Source: a virus
Taxonomy: Duplodnaviria > Caudoviricetes
Length of the DNA stretch: 64,000 nt
Virus record (IMG/VR): IMGVR_UViG_3300028591_000184
Location: 1-64,000 of that record
Strand: one strand, 5' to 3'
Each line of letters begins with the position of its first letter. Positions within the stretch are counted from its first letter, which is position 1. The notes under the pieces were generated by a model. It made no database searches. It was not told the origin of the DNA and saw only the letters and a list, made by a program, of their open reading frames with translations. Positions 17,300 to 29,700 of the stretch are shown here, piece after piece. The position numbers were made by a program, and so were the translations under genes.

Positions 17300-17851
17300 C
17301 TAATTGTTGTCTTCCAACAGCAGCAATGGGTCGCTGCATCCGAGTTCCCATCCCTCCTGCGTGGCGAGAGGAATACCCTGATAGGAGCTGAACAGTGCCC
17401 GGATGTCCTCTTCCGTGGCGATGGTGATGGTGTCGATGTCGATGGGGTCGCCACCCGACGACACCACGTCGGGAAGCACGTCCCACAGGTAGCTGACGCT
17501 GCCGTCGTCGTTCTCTTGCATGATGCACGCCACCCATGCCCCCTTGGAGAAGTATACCCCTGCGCCCATCGTGAAGTCGGCGCGTGAGGAGAACGGGCCG
17601 CTGACGGCATACACCCACCCTTCGTATTCGGGTGCGGAGGCAGGGAGCTGCCCGATGGTCGTAGAACCCTTGAACGTCAGCCACCTGCCGTCACGGCCGC
17701 AGCCCTGCTGTTCCATGAGCTGCTCGAAGGCCGCTTCGAGGAACACCTGCTTGCTGTCGATGGCATTGATGGCATCGACAATGGCGTTGAACTCGGTCGC
17801 GGTGAAGAGGTCGCCGACATTCTTATGCGGTATGTTCAGTCGTTTCTCCAT
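17300..17851 (-). CDS. tail-fibre adaptor-like protein
   Basis: Shares the KGS..G.VY.V..F..GAG domain and the AT..(E/D)IR.LF motif with 15559..17271. Confidence 0.6.
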   Translation of the reverse strand: MEKRLNIPHKNVGDLFTATEFNAIVDAINAIDSKQVFLEAAFEQLMEQQGCGRDGRWLTFKGSTTIGQLPASAPEYEGWVYAVSGPFSSRADFTMGAGVYFSKGAWVACIMQENDDGSVSYLWDVLPDVVSSGGDPIDIDTITIATEEDIRALFSSYQGIPLATQEGWELGCSDPLLLLEDNN

Positions 17852-17858
17852 ATCTCTC

Positions 17859-18071
17859 TTAGCTTAATATCAGCGGAAGGCTGTAGGTGAAGCCCCTCCG
17901 CTGCTGTCCTTTCACTTCTTTTCCTGCGGCGAGGGCGTTGATGATAATCTGCCACTCGTTCGTGTCCAAGGGGTCGAGCGTAGACCCGATGCCACGGATG
18001 CGGATGCACCGCAGGCCGCCCGCCTCCGTGACGCTTTTTATCTTGTAGCCTATCTCGTCCATATCTCTCAA
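17859..18071 (-). CDS. small tail-region protein
   Basis: 70 aa, overlaps the stop of the large tail gene; ends FTYSLPLILS. Confidence 0.55.
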   Translation of the reverse strand: MRDMDEIGYKIKSVTEAGGLRCIRIRGIGSTLDPLDTNEWQIIINALAAGKEVKGQQRRGFTYSLPLILS

Positions 18072-21000
18072 TCAATATTAAAGAATACCTTCATGATTTT
18101 CTTTATCACGCCCTCATAGTAGAAGCGTATCTCGCGGTAAAACACAGGCTTAGTCCAGTCGACGTTTTCATATTCGCTGTCGTAGGCTACCCAGCTGCGG
18201 ATGCCGTTGATTACGGACGTGTAGTCGCCCGGCTGTGACGCTCCGAGCCATACTTGGGTAAGAGCCGCGACATAGACGTAATTCTTCAGATAGTTATTGC
18301 CGAGCAGCCAGCTATTATAACCGTCGCTCTCGCGTATGAGCACCTCGCTCATCCACTTGTCGTCGCTGAACTGGCTTGCTTCCGACGAAACGTCGGCATC
18401 GAAGGTCTCCTGCTTCGTACTTTCCTCTCCTGTGTCTATATTCACGGTCTTGAAGCTGTAGGTTCCCGAAGGAATGACAGGGTACAGGCCGACAGTAACA
18501 GGCGTATAGACATGGTAGCAATCTTCACCGGCGGAACTTTTTATGGAGGAATATCTACCAGCCACCGCACGGCATATCCACTCCATCATCGTCATGTCGT
18601 TAGGTTCGCCGGAGAAACCGGGCCCTGCGGGCGGGACTTCAACGAGCCGCTGTATGATGATTTCCGCATCCTGCGACTTGGTGTAGATGACACCCTGCGG
18701 TCCGAGGTCGTAGAGGAAGTGGCCTTCGCGGTCGTAATACCGCATGACTACATTACCATCTACGATGCCGAAGCGTATCTGCTTCTGACTGGTCTCGGGG
18801 TTGAAGACGCTCAGTTCCGTTCCGCTCAAAACGAAACGTGGCGTGTCGGTTTCCCTGTCCGCACCCGATGGGAATGTCCGTATCTCGTTGCCCACCATGT
18901 CGATGTGAGGGTTGTCGGCGTCGGTGTCGTCAAGATGCATTCCAACCTCTTCAAGGTCGCCGCGCTTGACGGAGAGGTTGATTTGGTCTCCAAGATTTTC
19001 AATGGCAGCTTCCACCGCTAATCCATTCCTGTCAAGCATCGCCGCCAGTGCATTGTCGAACGTCTTCCAAACGAACTCCCAACCTGCCGCACCAGCGGGA
19101 ATGGTGTATAGGAAACTCTCAAATGTAAACCTCAGCTCATTATTATACAGAGTCCAACTTTCTCCGATATGCTCGTTCTTTATCTGGTATGGCGGCACCG
19201 ACGTATCATCGGAGTCTACGGCGTTGTTTAGATACATATAGAGTATGTGCCATGCAGCAACGAGTTTCTTATATACCTCCGTACCAGCCATTACCATGCG
19301 CTCTGCAATGCTCATCGCACTCAGATAGTCGGCTTTCGCCTTGTTCCACCTGACGAGCACACCCTGTTTCTCCATGCCGCCCGTGATGATACCATCGGAA
19401 GCAACATTCTGTATCTTCGTAAGGGCAGCGACGGTATAGCGGTCGTCGGCACGCTCCCAAGCAAAGGTGGTGTTGTTGTTCTTCGCCGTGAAACGCCACG
19501 ATGCACCGCCCTCGCTGGCAGGCTCTTCGTCGGTATCGAAGTAGAGGTCGCCGACGTGCGCCTTCTTTACGTCCACCGTTGTCCAATCCACGGCAGGGGC
19601 ATTCTGAAGGGTCGGCTGGCCCGAACCGAACCATATACTGTGCTCCGACATTCCGTCGGACATATTGTTGACAATCTCCTCGTAGTTCTTGCCTGACTTA
19701 CTCCTGAAGTCGCCCGTCATATCGTTGCCGTGCGGTGATATGATACTGACGAGCTTCCCTTCAAGCGTGAAGCTGTCGATACCAGCATACTCAGCGAAGC
19801 ACGGAGCCTTCACATTGTTCCATGTGTCGGGCGTGAAGCCGGAAGCAAGGATGATGGCCGACTGACGGATTGCACGCTCCGTATCTGTCACCACACCGCC
19901 GACGGTGGCATCCCATCCGAGAGCCACCACCTCATCGCCGGCATTGGCTACCATGGCGCCAAGTCCAGAAGCAGCATCCACCTCTATCCAGTGGTAGCTT
20001 CTCGTCGTACCGTCTGCACCAACCACGTCGATGGGCGTTTCCGACGCACCGATGACGAGCTTCCACCAATACTTATTGGCGGCATCCGTACCGCCGGCCT
20101 CCAGCATGTGCGACTGCTGGCAGAGTACCTGGTCGCCGCGGCGGAACTGATTACCCGTCCTGCGGCTGCCATCATCGGCCAGCCACAGCAGACGGACGTG
20201 TCCCTCCATGCCCGACGGATAGACGTGTCCCTCGATGTCGGTCGAAGGCACCCATTCGATAAGGCCTGACGTGCCTTGCTGGTGTATGCCCTCCGTGGGC
20301 AGCATCACCAAGTCCGTCTTCATGCGTGCATGGCTCAGCACCACCGTGCCGCCGACATGGCGTATCTCGTCGATGAGCAGTTCAAAGAACCGTGCCGAAC
20401 CCGTGACCGTCAGGTCGTGCGTCGTCAGCGCACCGCCGATGGTGGCATCCCCCAATATCTCCAGTGCCCTCACCACGAGGTCGCGGAGAGAACCGTCACC
20501 CGTCGCCTCCAGTCCATACGACCCGCCGCTGCCGAGCTTCAGACCCTTCAGGAAGGTGAGCAAGCCCGACGCCGTGTCGTCGTTCAGCTTAGAGAGAAAA
20601 TATGACCCACCGTAGGTGTTGATGAGAGCACGAACTTGCGCCACAGACAATCCACCTCCACCGCTGTTAATAAACGAGTCAATAGAATTGATTTTATTCT
20701 CTATTCGCTGTATCGAACCAACCTGCTTCTCATCACGAAGCGTAACATCGTAGGTAGGTATATTGGCATTTCCATATTCTTTGATGGTCAGCTGGTCTAT
20801 AAAGACAGACCCGTCAATGTGAAGGTCTTCATCGACGAACTGAAGAAGGTCGCCTTCTTTGATACTGTCATGCAAGGAACGAATGACCCCAGCAGATTGT
20901 AAAGCTAAGTCATGCTGACGAGCCATAAAAAGCTCGTCAATACGGGGGATATAGGTGTATCGGGTGTTCTCGTTCTTCTCAAGGAAACGAAGCGAATATG

Positions 21001-23014
21001 CAAGGAGTTTTGTGGCATTTGCTGCAATATAGGTGTCCGTCATTGGTATGCCAGTCAACACGAAGTGGTCATCCTTACGCACCTGATAAGGCTCTGTCGC
21101 CGAAGGTGTCTCACCGTGGCTGGCAGCATAAGAATAAGGGAAGTAGAGTTGAATGAGGTCATCGTAATCACGCTCACAGGTAACCTCCCAACGGCCGCCA
21201 GCCACACGCTTCGCTTCTTTGATAGCAAACGACCTGCCACCGCAATGACCGTCACGCATGGAGATGGTAGGACTACCACCACCTTCCGTGCCCTGAGAGA
21301 TAAGGTCGTCTAATAAGAAGTCGCTACCGAAGTCAGGGAGCGTAAGCTTGATGGTCGGAACATCATCACCATCTTCAAATACGCCGTTATCCTCAACCAT
21401 TTCAGCTTCGTAGATAACATCGAAGCCTGTTCCTTCAATAGTAGGCTTTATCTCATCGGTATCGTCACTGCCGTCAAAAACCTTTGATGCTTCACGAATA
21501 CCAAACTCCTTGTAGTTGACGGATAAGATAAACGGACGATATTGTTCTTTCGAGAAAAAGGCTTCATGCTCATCACCATCACAGTCTGTCCACTTGGCAC
21601 GTCCGATACCATCTGAATTACTCTCGTCTTCAATGGCTGTTCCGCCATGCGCAAGCACCCAATCGTAAAGCGACTGGTTCGGGAAACCAGGAAGCATGAG
21701 GTTCGACACCGCCATGTTGTTCGGAAGATTGCTGGTGGCGTAGTCTTGGTGTTCAGAAGGAAACTTATCTTTACTGACACCGCCAACGAAATAAATGGTG
21801 TCATCAACAGCTATCGCTTCAGTGAAGGCGTTGATGGCTTCTTGGTTCGTTTCGTCACGGTCGTCATCGGCTTGAATGTATTCGCTGTAGAAACGACAGT
21901 TGTCAGAGTTATAGTCCTTTGAAACGTAACCCTTGACAGTAATATTATTGGCTGTAACCCTGACAATATAATTTGGATAATCCTCGGAGCCGGGGTTTGT
22001 TACAGAACGCCTGGTGAAGCAGTCTTTGCGGAATGGCAGATTGAGAATGAGGTCTGCGAAGTGATAGCCTGTTGTTTTTGCATCATTCTTCGACTCGGTG
22101 ACAGTCGCAAAAACCTGTTGGTTGAGTGTCGCATAATACCTGACAGGCATATTCTCCTTCGAGCCATACGCATACAGCTTCGTGAGAACCATCTGCTCTG
22201 TATCGGCAACACGCTCTATCTCGTATAGTCCTTTGTCCTTACCATACTTGAAAAGGTGACCAGTGGGAAGACCCGCCGAACCAATAACGACGGCACGTCC
22301 ACGATTGACGAAGTTCAGACCAAAACCACTCTTAATAAGCGAGAGAGAGTCCCAAATGCTCTGACTGCTGACACTGACACTGACATCATGCTTCTCGTCT
22401 TTACTGTCAAAGATAGGGGTTGTGGGGGAACCGTACTCGCGGATGAATATCTCTCGCGCAACGTCTTCAAGACCGTCGACGGTTCTCGCACGCTGCATGG
22501 TGCGCTCATAATTGGGAGTTACAAACAACCAATAGTCACGACCAGAAAAACCATTCTCTTTACACCATCTGTTTGTATTTGCTTGAAGGCGGTCGCAATA
22601 GTCGTCGATACTGGAAGCGTAAAAAGGAAACTCTGGAAGCGAGGTGTAGTGAAGCTCGTTGTCGTCTAACACATAATCGAGGAAACGTATCTCGGTGAGC
22701 TCGTTGTGAAGGGCATTGAACTTGATGTTGTCGTAAGTGAACCCTTCACCGAAAGTACCCTTGCGAGCCTTCTTGATAACAGACGGATTGTAGTTGATGA
22801 CGAATTTTTCACCACGATAGATGATGTAATCGCCAATCTCAAAGTCTACAGGAACGTGACATTTAACGGATAGGGTAACAAAACATTTATCCATCCATGA
22901 GCCATAATACTCAAGTTCGGGGGCTGTATACTCAGAAACACTTTCGTTGCTTCCGTCAAGCCACTCGACATTGCGCTCATTCCCTTCCTTGTCGTATATC
23001 TTCCACTTACTCAT
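18068..23014 (-). CDS. large tail tip / baseplate hub protein
   Basis: 1648 aa after the Dit-like gene; TKLYAYGS...NMP and LMLPGF motifs of Bacteroidales phage tail proteins. Confidence 0.75.
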   Translation of the reverse strand: MSKWKIYDKEGNERNVEWLDGSNESVSEYTAPELEYYGSWMDKCFVTLSVKCHVPVDFEIGDYIIYRGEKFVINYNPSVIKKARKGTFGEGFTYDNIKFNALHNELTEIRFLDYVLDDNELHYTSLPEFPFYASSIDDYCDRLQANTNRWCKENGFSGRDYWLFVTPNYERTMQRARTVDGLEDVAREIFIREYGSPTTPIFDSKDEKHDVSVSVSSQSIWDSLSLIKSGFGLNFVNRGRAVVIGSAGLPTGHLFKYGKDKGLYEIERVADTEQMVLTKLYAYGSKENMPVRYYATLNQQVFATVTESKNDAKTTGYHFADLILNLPFRKDCFTRRSVTNPGSEDYPNYIVRVTANNITVKGYVSKDYNSDNCRFYSEYIQADDDRDETNQEAINAFTEAIAVDDTIYFVGGVSKDKFPSEHQDYATSNLPNNMAVSNLMLPGFPNQSLYDWVLAHGGTAIEDESNSDGIGRAKWTDCDGDEHEAFFSKEQYRPFILSVNYKEFGIREASKVFDGSDDTDEIKPTIEGTGFDVIYEAEMVEDNGVFEDGDDVPTIKLTLPDFGSDFLLDDLISQGTEGGGSPTISMRDGHCGGRSFAIKEAKRVAGGRWEVTCERDYDDLIQLYFPYSYAASHGETPSATEPYQVRKDDHFVLTGIPMTDTYIAANATKLLAYSLRFLEKNENTRYTYIPRIDELFMARQHDLALQSAGVIRSLHDSIKEGDLLQFVDEDLHIDGSVFIDQLTIKEYGNANIPTYDVTLRDEKQVGSIQRIENKINSIDSFINSGGGGLSVAQVRALINTYGGSYFLSKLNDDTASGLLTFLKGLKLGSGGSYGLEATGDGSLRDLVVRALEILGDATIGGALTTHDLTVTGSARFFELLIDEIRHVGGTVVLSHARMKTDLVMLPTEGIHQQGTSGLIEWVPSTDIEGHVYPSGMEGHVRLLWLADDGSRRTGNQFRRGDQVLCQQSHMLEAGGTDAANKYWWKLVIGASETPIDVVGADGTTRSYHWIEVDAASGLGAMVANAGDEVVALGWDATVGGVVTDTERAIRQSAIILASGFTPDTWNNVKAPCFAEYAGIDSFTLEGKLVSIISPHGNDMTGDFRSKSGKNYEEIVNNMSDGMSEHSIWFGSGQPTLQNAPAVDWTTVDVKKAHVGDLYFDTDEEPASEGGASWRFTAKNNNTTFAWERADDRYTVAALTKIQNVASDGIITGGMEKQGVLVRWNKAKADYLSAMSIAERMVMAGTEVYKKLVAAWHILYMYLNNAVDSDDTSVPPYQIKNEHIGESWTLYNNELRFTFESFLYTIPAGAAGWEFVWKTFDNALAAMLDRNGLAVEAAIENLGDQINLSVKRGDLEEVGMHLDDTDADNPHIDMVGNEIRTFPSGADRETDTPRFVLSGTELSVFNPETSQKQIRFGIVDGNVVMRYYDREGHFLYDLGPQGVIYTKSQDAEIIIQRLVEVPPAGPGFSGEPNDMTMMEWICRAVAGRYSSIKSSAGEDCYHVYTPVTVGLYPVIPSGTYSFKTVNIDTGEESTKQETFDADVSSEASQFSDDKWMSEVLIRESDGYNSWLLGNNYLKNYVYVAALTQVWLGASQPGDYTSVINGIRSWVAYDSEYENVDWTKPVFYREIRFYYEGVIKKIMKVFFNID

Positions 23015-23043
23015 TGTTCACCATTTTTATTGATGTTGTCATA

Positions 23044-23535
23044 TCATGGCAACGTAACATCTGTCACAGGATCATTGACCTTAAACTTGATGGTGAAGAC
23101 AAGAAACTCTTGCCCGTTCTCACTCTTCCATGTACCCTTATCGAAGGACTCAAGACGCACGTTCTGCCTTCCAATGCGAGTGTAAGATGAATATATCTTT
23201 AGCATCCCACTACGGAGATATTGGAGGAAATCACCAACACGCGCCCTTACATCATCAACCTGAGCCTTGCCGATGGCGGAACTCATCTTCTTACAGCCGA
23301 ACTCAATATCAATCTCGTAACTTTCGAGATAAAGTCCACCTTCACCGATGTATTCATCATCACCGTGTTCGTCATTCCAAGTACGCTTCGCAGGAGATTT
23401 AACCTTCGACATTGGAAGAAAGGGAATATCTTTACACCATATCCCCCATGTGCTGACTGACTCCTTCACTGGATATTCGCTGCCATTGCCGTCAGAGCCC
23501 ATGCGCTGCAAGTAAAAGTTCTGCCACTTCTCCAT
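23044..23535 (-). CDS. distal tail protein (Dit-like)
   Basis: 163 aa between the TMP and the tail hub; KSPAKRTWNDEHGDDEY...FKVNDP. Confidence 0.7.
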   Translation of the reverse strand: MEKWQNFYLQRMGSDGNGSEYPVKESVSTWGIWCKDIPFLPMSKVKSPAKRTWNDEHGDDEYIGEGGLYLESYEIDIEFGCKKMSSAIGKAQVDDVRARVGDFLQYLRSGMLKIYSSYTRIGRQNVRLESFDKGTWKSENGQEFLVFTIKFKVNDPVTDVTLP

Positions 23536-23599
23536 CTATGAAAAAAGTTTTTCGTTATCCTGAAATTATGCGTTGTTACACATCTGAAACTTTACCTTG

Positions 23600-23790
23600 C
23601 AAATATACGAATAAAATCCGTATAAAAATACAACATATTGGAATATTTATTCATTTTAATAAAATTTTTAACATATTATTTGCTTTTCAATAATAATGTC
23701 TGTAACTTTGTCGAATAAAAGTCATATTCTGACTTTTAGTTGGTTAAATGATGGGCGGGTGTAGTGATACACACCGCCCATTTCTTTGTT
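23600..23790. promoter_or_regulatory. internal late promoter (-) and divergent small transcript (+)
   Basis: CAAATATA at 23600 (TATATTTG on -). On +: TTTG 23679, 20 nt, TAACTTTG 23703, then hairpins AAAAGTCA/TGACTTTT and GGGCGGGTGT/ACACCGCCC plus a T-rich tail. Confidence 0.55.
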
Positions 23791-23797
23791 AGGGGAA

Positions 23798-26700
23798 CTA
23801 CTTTATCTGGAATGAGTTAGCACCAAGGATGTTCGAGTGCAACACTTCGTATATCCTGTCAGCTGCATCGGCATTCCTACGAGTGTTTTCGGCTACCTGC
23901 TGAAGCTGTTGCAACTGAGCGCGTGCAATAACGGGCATCTCCGTCTGTGTCTGAACGGCGTTCAAAATGCCGACAAGTGTCATTCGATTTTCACTTACAT
24001 CGCCACGAATGGCATTTACATAAGAGAGCAACAACCCTGTTTCTTGTTCAGTAAAACCTCCTTGTATCACTTTGGAAGAGGTCTTGCTTTCACTTCCTTT
24101 CTCAATCACACCCTTACCTTCAAGTTCATTGAGAACACCAGTGATGACATCCGTCGTCACGTCGCCAACCTTTAGAAGGGCTTCGGTCAATCTCGGAATA
24201 AAATCCTCAGACAACTTTCCTTCTGTGTTGAACATTTCTTCACTAATCATCTTGTCGATGCCGAGCGTATCAAAGGCCCTTTCCATGACCTTCTTGGTAA
24301 GAATGTTACTCGTCAGGTCTTTCATCAGTTCCTTCACCTTATCCTTATAGGCTTCGGCTGCATCTTCACCTTTTTCCCATGCACCGACGATAACTTCCGT
24401 CAGCTGCGATGCCCAAGAGTGAAGGTCGATGTCATAGAGAGCCTTCGCCATGTCAAGACCGAAATTCTTGATACTCTCGTCCATCTCCTTCAGCTGCTGC
24501 TCGTAATCTGCCAGCTTGTCCTTGTCGGACTTCTTCTTTGCCGCTTCGTCATCATACTGGCGTTGTATCTCTTCGCGTTGCTTCTGGAGGTTCTCGTACA
24601 TCTCATTGTAACCACCTGTAGCATAGATACCGCCAAGGGCACTCTCTATTGCCGACTGTAGGTTTTGGTAGGCCGTCGTCAGTGACCTGACATTTCTCTC
24701 GCTCTCCTCGATTCTTCTCTGCAGCTTCTTGTCGTGCAACTTGGCGAAGGCTGTGACTGGGGATGTGAATATTCCGACTGTATGGCTAATAGCACCGCCG
24801 ACGTCTCCACTCATCGCGCTCTTCAAAGCATTGGCGCTTTCGCTGACGGGCGCGCCAAGCGCACCGATAGTGTCAGAGATGTCACTCCACTTATTTGCTG
24901 TATGTTCATGGCCGAGAGCGTCGAACATGTCACTCAGTTGCTGAGCGGACTGTTTCATTCCTTCGATGGCGCCTGTCACAAGTTCCATTACCGCAAGAAT
25001 GTCATTTGCCTGCTGAAGCGACTCTTGCGTCCAACCAAGTTTCTTCTGCGCATCCCGAAGTTCTGTCTCGGCAAATTTCTTATTTGCCTGCGCTGAAATA
25101 AGACGCAACTGCGCAGCCTCTTTTTCTTTTTTCGTTGTGGCGTTCTGAATGGCACGGCGTTCCTTGTCGATTTTCTCTTGCTCCTTCTGAATGCGGATGG
25201 CTGCTGCTGCGGCTTTGCTATCGTAGACATTGCTTCTCTTTTCGAGCAACCCCCTCACACCTCCTGTCATCAGTGTCAGTGCGTCGCTCCTCACGCCGCG
25301 CATCTTCTGTAGCTGCTGGTCGATGTTCTTGATGCTCTTCAGGTACTTGTCGGCGTTTATCTTGCCTTCTGCAAGTTGATTGACAAGGTTCTCCTTGATG
25401 CTCATGCCTACGGCTTCCGCTTCGTCTGCCGCCATAGCGAATATAGCAGAATAGAACTTCAGGTAAGGCTCGCTTTGTTCAAAGGCTTCAACCTGCAATT
25501 TGCCGAGGTCGCGTTCCTTTGCAATGACCCGTGGGTCGTTCGCTCCGTAGTTCCGCCTCAAATCGGCAAGTTCATTCTCGGTATTGGCAATCTTCTCCTC
25601 GATGGTCAGCAGCTTCTCGGTGGCAGTAGCGACTTCGTTAAGGCTGTCAGTCCAGTTCTTCCTAATGTCCTTCACTATCTCCAGATAGAGCTTCAAGGCA
25701 GCTGAGTCTTCGCCGAAAGCCTTCTTCGCAGACTCATCACTGGCATCCCAGTCAGTGACAGGCTTACCAACCATCTCCTCCAATCGCTGACGCATACCGC
25801 GTGTCGCATCATCCCAAAGGACACCATCAGAGAAAGCATTCATCGCAAACTCCTTGTTCCCCGTCTTGTCAAGAAGACTCTTATACAGGTTCCACTGTGA
25901 CGTGCGCTCCTGTATCTCCTTTTCTACGGCCTTCAGGTTCTTGTCGAGCTGTTCTTTTACAGTGTCGAGGTCAATGTCGGCCAATAGCTTACTGACACTC
26001 TGCTTATACTTCTTACGCTCAGTCGTATTCCCATTGATGGAGTCGCGGACTTCCTTTAAGACGTTTTGGTAGTCGTTGACAATACGGCTTCCGAGGTGTT
26101 GACCATCCTTACCTTTTAGGTCAGGGAACAAAGCCTCAAGTTTAACCAGGGCTCCCTCTTTTCCGTAAGTCTTCGCATATTTCTTATACTCGCTGTAGAA
26201 AGTCTTTATCTCCTCAAAACGCTCTTTTACTTTCTTGAGCTGTTCGTCGGTCTTATTGCCGCCGTTTCTGTGTTTCTTTTTGTCATCTTCAACTGACAAG
26301 CCTGTGTCTAAATGAGCTTGGTCTATAGCTTCTACTTCACTCTTTGACTTAGTGAAATCACCAAAAACACTATCTATTAAACCTTTGAGTGTTGGGTGGT
26401 CATCAATGAATTTCTTTACAGCTGACAGGTCTGGCTTAATCTTCCAATAGGTCAGGATTGCACCCATACTATCCATCTTCTCCTGTGCTTTCTTGCGAGC
26501 CTCCTGAAGTTTCTTTTCAACGCTCTGCACAGAGTCGTCGGCACTCAGCTTTATGTTGATACCATGCTTGTCGAAATAAGCCTGCATATCAGCTTGCCAT
26601 CCAGTCAGTTTCTCCTCTGCCTCGACGTTTTCTAAAGCTGCCTTTATTTTAACTTGAATATCCTCTGGGAAAGACTCTATGAATTTTTGTTTAAGGTCTT

Positions 26701-29700
26701 CCTTTACCTCTTCTGGAACATTAAGGCTTGATAGCCACTGACGAACACCTTCGGCGTACACCTTGAAGTCATCATCTCCCCATGTACTCATCTTATTCGC
26801 ATCAAGACCGGCAATAAAGGAAGAATAGCTCTCAGCTGCCAATTTGACGTATTCAATATATTTTGGCATATCGCTCATCACTTCCTCGCGCGTAGCCTTT
26901 GTTTTTTCCATCGCCTCGATGTATTTCATAAGGGCCTCTGAAGACTCGTAATACCGATCCTTCTCAATGGACGTTTCTTTGCTGTCCCATATCCAACGGG
27001 TTGGTTTAAGGGTGTTTTGGGCAAAACCGTATTGCTCTGCGGAACTTAATTCTTTAAACAACTCAGACCAGTCCATGTCGCGCATCTTGCTCTCTAACCA
27101 TTTCCCGTCTTCTTTTAACTTCTTCTCAAGCTCTTTTGTATAGATGTCAGAGAATTTACCTGCAGAGTTACGAGCTACTTTCTCGTCAATGACTGCAGCA
27201 CCATACTGCTCAATGTCCTTCTTCATGTTGTCGGAAAGAATACCTCCACCAACTCTGTTGGCGGCCTCTATATAGGCTTCAATAGAGGCTTTCATTTCTT
27301 CATAGCCCTTTGACAATTCTTTAGTCTTCCCATAGAGGATGGCATACTTTTTTTCCAGAGTGTCGGCAGCTTCAACCTCTTTCTGTATGCTTGAATAAGC
27401 ACCAATATCCTTCAGGGCTTCCGTCATCTCTTTGACAGGTACAGCAAGGTCGTCTGGCTTTTTCTTGCTGAGAGAGTCGTATATGGACTTGATGTCACTC
27501 AGTTGGGCTGTCATCGACGAAGCGGTTTCTCCTGCAGCATCCCTTGCGGCATCCTTCTGTTGCGACCAACGGGAAAATATATCTACGACGGCTCCGATAG
27601 CAAGAAACGGTAGGAAAGACTTCATAGCCGCGCCGACGGCACGGAAACCTGAAGCCAACCCCATTAGGCCGACGCGAAGAACAGGGAACATAACACCTTG
27701 TGCCCGTAAGGTTGCCATCAGCCTCAACTGGGCAACCGTGAAGCGGCTGGTTGCCATCGCATTGCCGAGCATCGCCTTCGTTACCGTCCCACTTGAAGCC
27801 GCCTGAAGTAAGGTGGCTTCGCTGACACGCAACGTTGCGCCGGCAAGGCGGGCTTGCTCTACTGAGAGCCGACCTGAAGCTACGGCTCTTAATAGTTGCT
27901 CTCGCGTTATTGCTCCCTCTGTGGCTAACTGTTGAACTTGTGCAGCGGTATAGCTTTTCGTGTTCAACGCCAATACGCCCATCTGACGGGAGAGAGCAAT
28001 CATTCCAGACTGATAGGCAGCGATAGATGCCTTTACAATACCAAAAGCACCCGCAGTAAATAAAATATCCGTTCCAAACCGATGCCACTCTTTTGCACCT
28101 GCCGTCAAAGCTTCGGCGATACCTTTCAATAGGTCACCAACACCACTTTCTGCTATCTCGCCGTACATAATATCGAAGGCGTCGCGAAGGTTCTTGTATT
28201 TCGCATTCAAGGCCTCTGACATCACCTCCTGCGCATTGTAGAACATACCGCCCTCGTCGGTGAGGTCCTGAAGCACCTTCTTGACTTCGTCATAGCCAAT
28301 CTCCTTTTTCTTCGTGCGCTCTCTTACCTCCTTGGTGGTGATGCCGAGATTATCAGCCAGCTTCTGAAGCATCGGGACGTTACCCATCGCAAACTGACGG
28401 AGTGTATAACCGCTCAACGCTCCTTCCGAGCGAACGTGACCCAAAGCTAATGCAAGACGGCTGACTTCCGTTCCAGTGGCGGCTGATATGTCTGCAAGGC
28501 GTTTTGTCCAGTCAAAGAGTTCTTCGTATTCAAAACCATACGCTGTCAGCTGCTTCGACATCGTGTCAAGCTGAACGACACCAAACGGTGACTTTACAGC
28601 AAGGTCTTTAATCTTTCCAAAGACAACTTCCGCCTTGTCCATACTACCGAGGATGGCACCGATACTCAGTCGTTGCTGCTCCAACAGACCACCAGTTTCG
28701 ATGATGTTGTTTAGGAATGACCTCACCCCCCAAAGACTAAGGTATTGGGTAGCCATCATCTGTAAGTCACCTAACAGGGCACCATGACCTCTAAGGGCTG
28801 ACGATGCACTGTTGATACTCTCCATGAACTTTCGCTCACTATCCGTCAAGACGTTCACGGCTCTACTGTCATCAAGGACTTGTTGCCCATAAGCAATCAG
28901 AGGCGAATAGTTCGTTCCGCTTCCGAAAACCAGCAATCCAGAACCATTCCGTCCTGTGAAACTTCCAAGGTTATCCATGACACCCTTGAGCGTAGTTATC
29001 TCACGGACTATATCGCGAAGGGCATTTCGGTATTGCTCCAACTGAGCGTCATCAAACGTACCCTTACCGTTCTTAATAAGACCTTGCAACTGTACGGCCT
29101 GCGTCTTCAACATCTCAAGACGCAAACGTACTACCTCACCAGCCTCCTTGTTAAGGTTACGCTGAGTTTCTGCGGAGGCCTGTGCCTGCTTGTGTGCTGC
29201 TTGCGTAGCACGCTCCTTCTGCGCCGTAGCCTGTGCCTGCGCTGCAGCCTCGTCGTTATATCGTTTGATAATAACTTCCCTCAGTCTCAAGAGCTCCTTT
29301 TCTCTTTCGGCCTGTGCAGCTAATTCTGCGTTTCTTGTATGCCATGCGGCAGAATTGCCCTCTATTTCCGCACGTCTCTGCATGGCCTCGTTGTTCTCTC
29401 GTATCTTTTGTGCCTCCATTTCGAGACGATGCTGCCTCATAGCTATAAGTTCATTGATACGACTCTCTGCCGCAGCCTCTTCGTTGACGGCTGCGGTTAT
29501 ATCTTTGCGGCGCTCTAACTGTGCAGCAAGTGCTTTCTCTGCGTTCCACTGACTATCACTCATTCCGCCAGCGTTAAGCATCCCTGATATCAGGTCTCTA
29601 ATAGCAACACTAACGTTACGCATCAGACCTTTATACCCGCTGCCAAGCACGCCGTCAAGCGCACCCTTCTCGCCAAGAAACTGTCCTTTCAAAGCGTTCA

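Noticed and set aside
12420-23014. Diversity-generating retroelement or invertible tail-fibre shufflon
   Set aside because: No reverse transcriptase, no template/variable repeat pair, no inverted-repeat-flanked alternative 3' ends, and no nearby invertase.
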